Part shown: positions 14,886-27,648 of the stretch, piece after piece
Numbering within the stretch: position 1 is the first letter of the stretch
How the letters are laid out: each line of letters opens with the position of its first letter
Origin: the human T2T-CHM13v2.0 reference genome, Homo sapiens
DNA: 64,000 nt
NCBI RefSeq assembly: GCF_009914755.1
Contig: NC_060926.1
Direction: 5' to 3' (one strand)
Position numbers and translations under genes: made by a program
The notes under the pieces: generated by a model
What the model was told of the DNA's origin: nothing
Databases searched by the model: none
What the model saw: the letters and a program-made list of their open reading frames with translations, nothing else

Positions 14886-16179
14886 TGTTATACAAGATTG
14901 AGTAAGACTGTGAACAAATACCACTTACAAAGCCACATAAGGCTCTCATAACCAAGAATGGATGGTTTTTAAACTTTGTCTCCTACCAGGGAGACAAAGT
15001 CCTTTGCGCCCCTCAAGAAACACTTAACTAACCATATGGATTTAGTCAAGGTCAGGAAACTGAGACAGAATGAAAAAGAAATAAGAATCCCACTGGACAC
15101 CTATTTCAAAGGAAGGATTTTGCCCTCTCCCCATACACCAATCAAATTTGAAACCTGCAGTGTTTAGAATTTTGTCACTGATCTTAGCTGATATGAAAAT
15201 GCCAGGGAGAGGAGACAGGTGCTGTGATGACAAATGCATTTGTACAGTTCTAGATGTTTGCTATTATTGGCAATCTTTTGGAAGATCAAATCAAGAGCCC
15301 TTGCGTGCCCTCAGGTTAACTTAGAAAGTTGTTCCATCTAGAAAGAGGGCTTTAATTTTTTGAAAGAGTGAACTTGCCTCCAAGCCAATTAAAAATGCCC
15401 CTTTCTTTTTATCCTTCATAAGCTGACTGTGTTAGTTAGAATTAGATATCTTTATATGTGACAGAAAAAAATCCCACCAAAATAACTTTGTCTTATATGA
15501 TTACTTCTGTCTCATATGAAAGAAGTCTGGTGATAGGCAGTTCAGGGCAAATGTAGTGCCTCTACAAATTTGTGAGAGACCCAGGCTTCTTCCAGCTTGA
15601 TACTTTGCCATCCCTTATCCTCATGGTCCAAGATAGTCGCTAAAGCTCTAGCCAACCCATCTGTATCCCGTCAACAGAAAGGAAAGGCACACTCCCTCCC
15701 TTGGAGGAGACTTTCTAGAAGTTATACACAAGACTTAGCCAAACTTAGGCACATAGCCATATCTGGTTGTAAAGGAGGCTGGCAGGTCATTAGCTGAGTG
15801 AAAATGGCTCACTTAGAAATTGGGGTTTTTATTTCTAGAGAAGAAAAAAGGAGAATGGGTATTGACAGGCAACTAACAATATTTGCTTCTGAACTCCTCC
15901 AGACCTCCTAAATTTTCCCCTCAACTGAAAATCCTCTAATCCACTACCTTAATTTTACTGATAAATGAACAGAATGGTGTTAAACCTAAGTGACTTGTCC
16001 CAGGCTGCAGGTTGGAGGCCAGGAAAAACTAGAACCCACATCTCAAAACTTTAAGAGTAGGGAACATTCATATTTTAAATTTCTGTATTAGAATATTATA
16101 TTTTGCTGAGCTCTAGCATATTCAGTTTTCTTGTGACTTTTAGTAAAATGTGGCTGCAGTGGTTTCTTTCTATATCGTT

Positions 16180-18400
16180 TTATTTTTCTTAATGGCTTTA
16201 TTGAGATATAAATCAAATACAGTATCTCCTAGTAATAGTGTACAATTTAGTGGTTTTTAGTATGTTCAGAGTTGTGCAACCATCATCACTATGTAATTTT
16301 AGGTCATTTTTATCGCTTCAAAAAGAAGCCAATATTTATTAGCAGTAACTCCTTCATGTGCCTGAACTTTCTGTCTCTGTGGATTTGTCTTTTACGGACA
16401 TTTCATATAAAAGTAATCATACAATATGTGTCTTTTGCAACTGGCTTCTTTCACTTAACATAGTTTTCAAGGTTCATCCATGTTATAGCGTGAATCAATG
16501 CTTCATTCATTTTTATTGCTGAAAAATATTCCATTGTATGATAATGCCACATTTTGTTTATCCATTCATGAGCTGATAGAATTTGGGTTTCTTCCACTAT
16601 TTGATTATTATGAATAAAGCCACTGTGAACACTTATGCACAAGTTTTTGTGTGGACATATGCATCCACTTCTCTTTGGTATTTACCTAGGAGTGGTATCA
16701 CTGAGTCATAGTAGCTCTACATTTACCATTTTGAGGAATTGCCAAACTGGTTTTCAAAAGTGGCTGTTCCTTTTTACAATCTTGCCAGCAAGGTATGAGG
16801 GCTCCAATTTTATTGCATCCTCATCAACCCTTGTTATTGTCTGTCTTTGATCTTAAACCATTTTAATTGGTGTAAAGTAGTATCTTACTGTGGTTTGGAT
16901 TCCCATTTCTCTGATGGCAAATTATATTGAACATCTTTTCAAGTGCTTGTTGGTCATTTATATGTATATCATCTTCAGATAAATGTCAATTTAAATTCTT
17001 GGCCAATTTTCATTATATTTTGTATTATAATTTTTTTTTAATTTTTGTGGGCACATAGTAGGTGTATATATTTATGGGGTACCTGAGATACTTTGATATA
17101 GTCATATAATGTGTAATAATCACATCAGGGTACAAGCATTTATCCTTTGTGTCACAAACAATACAATTATATTCTTTTAGCTATTTTAATGGGTGTAAAA
17201 AATTATCGTTGACTGTAATCACCTCTTGTGCTATCAAATACTAGATCTTATTCATTTTGACTATATTTTTATACCCATTAATTATCCTCATGACCCCTAC
17301 CCCTTTCCCCTACTACCCTTCCCAGCCTCTGGTAACCATCCTCTATCTCCATGAGTTCAATTGTTTTAATTTTTAGCTCCCATAGATAAGTGAAAACATG
17401 TGCAGTTTGTCTTTCTATACCTGGTTTATTTCACTTAACATAATGACCTCCAGTACCATCTATGCTGTTGCAAATAACAGTATCTCATTCTTTTTTATGG
17501 CTGAATAGTACTCCATTGTGTATAACTACCACATTTTCTTAATCCATTCATCTGTTGACGGACACTTAGGTTGCTTCCAAATCTTGGCATTGTGAATAGT
17601 GATTCAATACACATGGGAGTGCAGAGATCTCTCCAATATACTGATTTCCTGCCAATTTTTAAAGTGTATCATTTGTCTGTCTTTGAGCTTGTAATAATTC
17701 TTCATATATTCTAGATACAAGTACCTTATCAGATATATGGTTTGCATATATTTTCTCCCATCTGTTGGTTATTTTTTCACTTAAAATGGATACGTAATAA
17801 TTGTATTTATTTATAGGATACATGTGTGTTTTTGACAAGTGCATACAATGTGTAGAGGTCAAATCAGGGCAATTGGGATATCTGTCACCTCAAATATTTA
17901 TCATTTCTTTGTGTTGGCAACATTCTAAATCTTCTGTTCTAGCTACTTTGAAATATACTATAAATTCTTAACTATAGTCACCCTACTGTGCTATCAAACA
18001 ATAGAACATATTCCTTCTAGTGAATTTTATTTTTGTATCCATTAACCAACCTCTCTTCTCCCCTCCCGACTACACTTCCCAACCTTGGGCTACTACCATT
18101 CTACCATCTACCTCCAGAAAAATCAACTTTTTAGCTCCCACATATGAGTGAGAACATGTAATATTTGTCTATCTTCATTTTCTTGATGGTGTCTTTGAGG
18201 TATAAGATTTTAAAATTTTGATGAAGTCCAGTTTATCTGTTTTTTTCTTTTGTTGCTCTTGCTTTTGTTACTGTATCTAAAAAACCATTGCCAAACCCAA
18301 AGCTATGAAGATTTATTTGTTTTCTTCTAACAGTTTTATAGTTTTAGCTGTTAACATTTAGGTTAATGATACATTTTGTGGTAATTTTTGTATTTGGTTG
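16180..18400 (-). mobile_element. Nested L1 cluster: an L1MB-like 3' end interrupted by two L1MA-like 3' ends (about 17030-17650 and 17770-18170)
   Basis: Three separate T-rich tails and 3'UTR starts; the outer element resumes after each insert; GCCAATTTT lies on both sides of the first insert. Confidence 0.8.
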
Positions 18401-19372
18401 TTTCTGTACTGTTAATTTTCAAAGAACATTAAAGAAATTATTGCAAGTCATGGGTATCACTCCTTAAGGGCGTTCTTTTTCATTCATACTGGAAAAGATT
18501 AAACTCTTTGGGCTAGATTGCCATTGAAGTTATCAACAATATACTCTAGAAAGTGCAATATGTTCTATTAATGCTTTTTAAATTGATCTATAATTACTCT
18601 CCTTTTTAGCACTTGGTATAAACAATTGAATTAGGAACTGGTATATTTAGGAATGATATCTTATATCTTACTAAAAGACATCATTCTGCCTTCATGTTTT
18701 CTATGGGAATTGTGACTATAAGTTTTCAATTTTTAGTTGATCAGAAAAATTAAGGCTAGACAAAAATCACCAAAAATAGCACTCCCTCCCATGACAAAAA
18801 AAAAAAAACTTCTTAAGACAGCAAAAACTAGATAATAATGGAAACAACTGTGGAGAAACTCTTACTGCCTTTTAAAATGTCACAAACATATCCTTGTATT
18901 AAGGGTAGACATTTAAAAAAATGACCAAATTAGAGCTGGAAGGGGTCTTAAGAGCTTATTTCTTCCAGCACCTCACCTCCAGTAGCCAACTATCATTTTC
19001 CCATTCCCATTTTACAGATGAGGCAAATGAAGCAACTCTCTCTGCTTCATCTCCTGGCTTCCTCTGTTTTGGCTTTTTTCTTCGACTTGCTCCAGTGGAG
19101 GTCCCTGGCAGCAGGATACCTATCTTTATAGCAATCAGTCCCAGAGGAAAGAGCTTGTCTTTCCTAATAATTCTACCAATATTCCCAGAATTTTGTATGT
19201 TTATGTCACACATATATGTATATGTAAGTATATGTATATGTCATATATAAGAGGGGAAATAAGAGAGGAGCTAAACATGAGCCAGAATTAGAGGATATGA
19301 GGAAAACGCCCAGCAGAATCATGAAATTCACAGTCCTAAAGCAATTCAAGTACAAAATAAAATGTCAGTGAA

Positions 19373-19682
<310 letters not shown>

Positions 19683-19937
19683 TCAATGAAAACTCATCCT
19701 TCTGTTTATGTTACAAAATTCAGAAGACATTCTAGAAATAAAACGTTTTGTGAAAGAAGATTCTTTAATCTCTCAACTGGAGTGTATCAATGGGCAGAAT
19801 AGATCCAGAATCAGAACACATTAGATGAACCAGTAATTGATTTATTTGGGGGAGAGTTTCCATTTTTGTCAATTGGATATGATTTATAATCAGAAACTAT
19901 AGATGGAAAGCTTTTAGATAGCGAGAGAACATTTTAA

Positions 19938-20306
<369 letters not shown>

Positions 20307-20386
20307 AATCATTATTTTTTATTGTAAAAAAAATACAAAGGAAATTAAAAAAGAAAACGTATCACATAATTTTTACATTAACATAA

Positions 20387-21168
<782 letters not shown>

Positions 21169-24100
21169 TAATTATTCTATCTCTAAGGATATCTAGGAAG
21201 AAGCTAAAATATTTCTGAGGAAAAGACAGTGAAAATAGGCCTTTGTTTTCTTTTTTAAATTTTTTGATAATTTAAGGAGTGAAAAGGGAAATTAAATAGG
21301 ATGGGTGTGTTTGTTAAAACTCTGTCACATTCTTAATGACCATTACACTCTTGAAAGTTGCATGTGAGCTCAAGGGAATATGTTAATCAGATTGTTTTGG
21401 CTGATGTTTAACAGGTTGCAGATCATTTCTCTCAGACAATGTAATTTCAATTTTGGCATGTGTTAGTTTTGCATATTTGTAGTTACAATCATGTTGCCTT
21501 ATAGACATAACTTAAAAAAATCAATGTCTCTATTCAGTAAATCATAAAAATAATAATGTAAATACTACAATTCAAATTTTAAAAACATAAATTGTAAACA
21601 GGACTCCAGTGCAAATATAGATTATAAATTTGTATGTGTTCTGACAAGTCTCTATGTGACTTTGCACAAGCAGCCACAACAAAAGGAAAGAGCTGGAAGT
21701 ACAATAATACACATCTGATAATTGGATTTTATTGAGTGGGTGATCCTTTTATGTTAGTCCCCAGCACATTGTCTTTTATAACACTTTTCTCAGGTTTTTT
21801 GTCATTGTTAAACAAAGCACGGTCACCTCTCATCAACTGAAATTTTCTAAGGGAAATACTAAACAATGACTTCTAATAGAAGAGAAATATGAGCTCCAGG
21901 AGGACAGGGATTTTGTCTTTTTTATGTGCTGCATTCCCAATACCTACCAGAATGCTTTGACCTTAATAATTATTCACTGAATATTTCTTAATAAATTAAC
22001 AGATTTTTCACTAAAAATATCATCAAAGAAAATCAAAATGAAAAAGCTATCATTCAAAGTTGTACTCTTGAACCTGTTGCCTTAGAACTTGCAAAGTCAA
22101 CTGAAAGTTAATAAGATATTATTAAGGGAAATTAATAAGAGAAAACAGAATGAACTATTGGCAAAACTGATCCAGTAACATTCTTGGGCATACATCCATA
22201 GCATACAATGTTGAAGACCAGGTCCCATTATACACGCTGTGCAGCAATTTCATGTTACAGCTCTATATGTGTTAGAGAGAAGTACTCAACAAGTTGGTCT
22301 TTTTATCACTGACAAGTCACTGCAGGATTTTGGTAATTGTTATCTTGTTCAGCTGTAGGCTGGACAAGACACATGGCAAACAAACTGATTGGCACAAGGT
22401 AGTTTTGTGAATAGCTAGAAAGAGTGTTATTACAAGAATAAGAGAAGTTGAACAGTTAACAATATGCCTCCTATTCTTGCTTTAATTGTTCAAGAAAAGA
22501 GTGAATATTTCAAATATAATCAAGTTGTGACCTTTAAATATGCTCTTTTTAGCATGTGTTATGTGAAGAAACATGCACAAGTATAACACTCTCCTTTTCC
22601 ACACTGAAGTATGCTGGTTAGCAGGTGCTCACACATTTTTGAAATGAGAAATGGGACACTGATAATGCAAGACAGTTGTTTCAAGGGGCTCTCTCAATAT
22701 AGGTAACTCAGTACTATGTTCAATATCTAAAACAGACTCAACTTATTTCAGGGATAAAATATTGTGATTTTTAAAATTTTAAAGATAGCAGGATTTCTTC
22801 GGAAGATTGAACTATGGCACAAAAACCTGACTTGCTCAACACTTGAATTTCTTTTCTTGGAGAAAGAGATCAATGATGCATTATTGGGAATATTTTAAAA
22901 TAGCATCCAAAAGTTGTGACAGAATATGAAGAAATATCCAGCGGCTCTCACAAAGTCATCTTTGCTTCCCAGGCTACGTTCTGATCACTGTAAGCCCAGT
23001 CACTAATTGGGTGACTTGCTGTGAAAAGAGAGGCCTGGAACAATATTGCAGCTCTCTCTGGCTCTCATGTTATTGCCCTTGCCCTGGAATTTTTCTCTAT
23101 CTTGCCCTGCCCAGAAGATTGCCCAAACTGTGCATGAGTTAATCCTGCCCTTTGAAAGCTGGGTTTATTTTCCAGCTCTACTCATCTGGGACAAGCTTCA
23201 GCAACAGGGCTACTTTCCCTTGGCTCATGCCCAGTGCCCTGGTAAGTGGAGTTTTGCCTGCTTTCAGCTTGCTTTGAAATTTTGCTTTTTGTGTGTGTGT
23301 TCTTTGTACTGTATGGGATGGAAGTGCTTTGGTTTTACACCACAAGGGTTGTAGTCAATGCCCTCCAAGATTATGAATTTCTACCAGCTTTTCTTTGCCT
23401 TTCCTGTCTAGCCTTATTATTTCAGAATGATATTAATTATATTATCTTGCTCATACAAATATAATCATCTATGAATTATTCAGAGGAAAACACTGGCTGG
23501 ATGCTGTATCTGGTTACCTGGATTTTTTTTCCAGTTTTTGAAAACACAGAAGAAGTGAAGCAAAGGTCAGTCTACCCCTTATAATTTGCCAAAGGCTCTT
23601 AACATTTCATGGGAAATGACCAGTAAGTCTTGGTCAAGAATCCCTGCTGATTTTATAGGAGATGAATTTATTGAATTTAGCAATGACTTTCTCAGCTGAG
23701 GTCTTAATTCCAACTCAAATCTTTGCTGCTATAATCCCAGTAATGGCCCACTTATTTGCAATATGTAAATTATCTCAGCTAGCTGCTTTTACCTTGACAT
23801 ACACATTTGTGGACTGGGACTTCACCATTATGAAAGTATCTTAAGTAGTTAGAAGGCTTAGATTGAGAGGATGCTATAGACCAGCAAGGGCACTCTAGAG
23901 TTAGGGCTGGTATTTAGTTAGTCCACAAAGGGACAACTAGGCCAACGTTTACAGTTGTCATCCATTCTAACTGATCAATGCCTATGCCATGTTGTTAACA
24001 CACTGAATGTCCACACTTTGAATATCATTGTTGCCTGCAATATAAAGATTTCTAAGCTTCTAGTCATTCACTGTGTTGCTCCAGATTAACAACAGAAGTT

Positions 24101-24954
24101 AGTCCTGCCGAATCACCAGTGGATAGAATCTGTAGATTTGCTTCAGTCTCTACCTGAGTTTCAAGGAAGTCAAGAATGCTCCTCTGCCTCTAGCAACCAA
24201 GCCCATGTTGGTCTTTTCTAGATGCTGTGGAGCTGGACAAAATTGTATTTTTAGTATACAACTGAGGTCCTAGAATTAGTGCAATCTTAGGTTCAATGTG
24301 CAAAGCTTCATTATGACTAACTTCAAATATTCGTTCATGGGTAACTGCAACAGAAACAATTTCACCAAAGAATACTGTTCCTAATTGAAAGATGGTTTTC
24401 TAATGCAGCTTTTCTAAGCTTTTATGTCAACCAAAGAACTTGGGTCCTATAATGATAGAGTAAAAAAAAAAGGCCACCTTTTAAGAGAATAAACATAGGT
24501 TTTAAATTATTTTATTAAGAGTTATTATTTAAGGTTATATAACAGGCATAAATCTCAATCTAAAGAAATTCAGGTTGGCAAGAAACACAGTTTTATTTTC
24601 CCATTACTCAACCTAATTTCTATTTCAAGCTCTGATTTCACAAGGGGTGGCAAACACTTAATCATAGTCAATTTGGCAGGAACTGCATCTCAATTGAGGG
24701 GGCTTACATAGCATCACTATGTTGGGGGAAGGGGATGGGGCATTTAATCCTTGCTTCTCATCTACTATGCTGGCTCCTCTTAGAGTTCTAATATTCATCT
24801 TCATTAGCAGCCAGCTCCATGGATTGTTGCTGGGTTGATTTTGGATCATCAGCAAGGACTCTTTTGGTCTGGTGGCTGTGCAGTGCCTCTGTACCCCTCT
24901 GGGTGTCTGGAAATTGTGTTGGGCATCCAGAACCTCCACAGTACTATGTAAGTT

Positions 24955-25145
24955 TGCACTGTCCATTATGGTAGCTACCAGCCACATGTAGCCAATAAAT
25001 AAATTAAAATTAAATAATATTAAAACTCAACTTCTTCAGTGACACTAGCCACATTTTGCATGTCCAGTAGTTCCAAGTGGCTCATGGCTACTCCATTGGA
25101 CAGCCATGTAGATATTCATCATAGAAAGTTCTACTGGACTGTGCC
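24955..25145 (-). mobile_element. MER3 (hAT-Charlie MITE)
   Basis: GCACTGTCCATTATGGTAGCTACCAGCCACATG...AGAAAGTTCTACTGGACTGTG. Confidence 0.8.
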
Positions 25146-25452
25146 ACTCCAAAATCTTGGCTGGCCTAGATAACAACCCAGTTTTTTCTTCTCTTAAGGG
25201 TCTTGCCACCTCCCCAGGACTCTAATAAGGAGAAAAATATTTCTATTAGCTCTCAGATACCATAGATAGATCCTATCATTTCAGCTGCCCTTCTCCCAAG
25301 TTTGTGCCAGAATAGGGTGGGATTAGGTCCTGCTCTCAGAAATCCACTAGCATCCAGCTCTCATTACATCCCCTCCAAGTTCTGTCTTTCCCTTCCAGCC
25401 CAGGAAACTCATTTCTCATCTTTGGGAAAGGAAGCTTTACTATTGTCTGTAA

Positions 25453-25750
25453 CAGCACTGTCCAATAGGAATATAATGTGAGGCATATATATAATTTACA
25501 TTTTTCCAGTAGCTGCATTAAAAAAGAGTAAAGGAACAGGTAAAATTAATTTTACTGTCTTTAATAAACCCAATATAGCCAAAATATTATTTCAATATGT
25601 AATCAATATAAATATTATTAATGTATTAATCTTTTTTGCATACTAAGTCTGAAATCAGTATATATTTTATACTTATAGCACATCTCAATTGGGACTAGCC
25701 ACATTTCAAGTATTCAATAGTCACATGTGGTTAGAGGCGAACAGTGCAGG
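25453..25750 (+). mobile_element. MER33 (hAT-Charlie)
   Basis: CAGCACTGTCCAATAGGAATATAATGTGAG...CTAGCCACATTTCAAGTATTCAATAG. Confidence 0.8.
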
Positions 25751-27337
25751 TCTCTAACAGGATTCCATTTCATTATTCCTCAACAGGTTAGGCTTTTGAA
25801 ACTCAAAAACCAATAAAAAATTTTTTGTTTTTCTACATTCTGTTATATTCCTTTGCTGTAACAATGAGCAAAGACCGGCCTAAATGAGGGTGAGTGCAAT
25901 GCTGAGGATCTTGGGGTGGGGTATAAGAGGAGAAAAGCCATAGCAAGAAAGGAAATATTTAACACTTGGAAAAACAACTACTACAGAAACCATCAGTTAA
26001 AATTTTAAAAGTATTGGCCTGCCACAGTGAGATTTTAAGGACATAAAAATTGCTATAGGATTGTTGGAAGTAAATTTGTCTGCTGTGGGTTTAAAACAAT
26101 TTCATTAGCAGTTAAAAATTGCAGTAATATTGTTGTGTATAGTATAACCACTATGGTAACTGGAAAAAAAAAATACAAAAACCTACAGTGTTATTATTGG
26201 GAGCAAATCTTATTACTAGGAATACGGCACAGATAAATTCCATTAGTGGATAAATCCTGCAATAATACCTCTGACAATTTTTACTGCAATAACTGTAAAA
26301 CCCAAAGATAAGAATTTTATCACCAGGAAAGATAATAGTAATTCAAGCCTATGGTTGCATTTCATAGTCTTGAATCTCCATTTGGGGAGTTTCTGAGGCA
26401 GTGACTAAAAAAGCTGTTTCACTGAAAATAATTTCTGTCATTTTCAAAATTGTCATGGCAGAGAAGATTTAAAGTTTTTGGATGCCATTTTCCACTTATT
26501 TCTTTGTATTCTATCTTCATTTTAAGCTTGATGATATTTAAAGGCAAATTTTAAATTATTTTAAATGTTGCATCTTCTGTTAAGTAAAACATTTTGCAGT
26601 CAACAACCTGGGTCAAATGGACAGGATAATTAATGTAACTTGCATTAAACCTGGGACAGAGGGAGACGATAAATCAAGATCCGAGTAAATAGGGAATTAG
26701 AAGGGGGCAGACACAGTGGGCAATCCTGGAAGTGGGAGGGTGAGTAGGAGGTACCTGTTGGTTGGTAGGGGAAATGGGACCTTAAGAAAAGGGTAACTTC
26801 TAGCATGCCAAAAGTTCTCAGCTAATATATGACATAAGGAGTTGTCATGAGGATTGAGGATAAGTGCATTCTTAGTAATTATTATAAAATCCTGAGTCCA
26901 CCTAAATTATTGCTGTTCCAGTCTTGGTACCAATTGAATTAATGGGAGATAAATAATATTGAATGTACTCTTTAAGACTCTTTAGTCCTTGAGGTAGCGA
27001 TGTTTGGCACTAAGTATTGCCCAAGTATTCTTGAAGGTCTGTTTTGTTCTTTTCTGTCTTGTTTATGTTTGCTACCAAACACAATAGCATATGCTACTAG
27101 TTACCATTTGACTGTTTACTATGTGCCAGATACTTTATGTACATATCTTCCATTTTCTCAACATCCCAGAAAGGTAGGCATGATTATGTTTTACAGGATC
27201 ATGCTTTAAGAAGCTGGGACTCAGAGAGGTTAAGTAACTCGTGTTACTTTCTTGTGTACACACCGAACATGTTCCTGAAAGTCTTTAAGAACAGGGACTG
27301 TAACTTTTATGTACTATTGGTAATATTTAATATGATC

Positions 27338-27648
27338 AGGCTGGAAGCAGTGGCTCATGCCTGCAATCCCAGCACTTTGGAAGGCTGAGGCAGGCAGATC
27401 ACTTGACCTCAGGAGTTCAGCCTGGGCAACGTGGTGAAACCCTGTCTCTACAAAAAGTATGAAAAATTAGCCTATCAGTTAATAGACTTGCTCCTTAAAA
27501 AAAAAAAAATTAGCCAGTCGTGGTAGCATGCGACTGTAGTCCCAGCTACTCGGGAGGTTGAGGTGGGAGGACTGCTTGAGCCTGGGAGGGTGAGGCTGCA
27601 CTCCAGCCTGAGTGACAGAGAGAAACCCCGTCTCAAGAAAAAAAAAAG
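27338..27648 (+). mobile_element. AluJ with a micro-insertion in the A-rich linker and two short deletions
   Basis: Alu arms; AAAAATTAGCC duplicated around a 32-nt insert. Confidence 0.9.

Noticed and set aside
27473-27490. TATCAGTTAATA as a U2 snRNA fragment
   Set aside because: Only about 12 nt of gapped similarity, and the following bases do not continue the U2 sequence.
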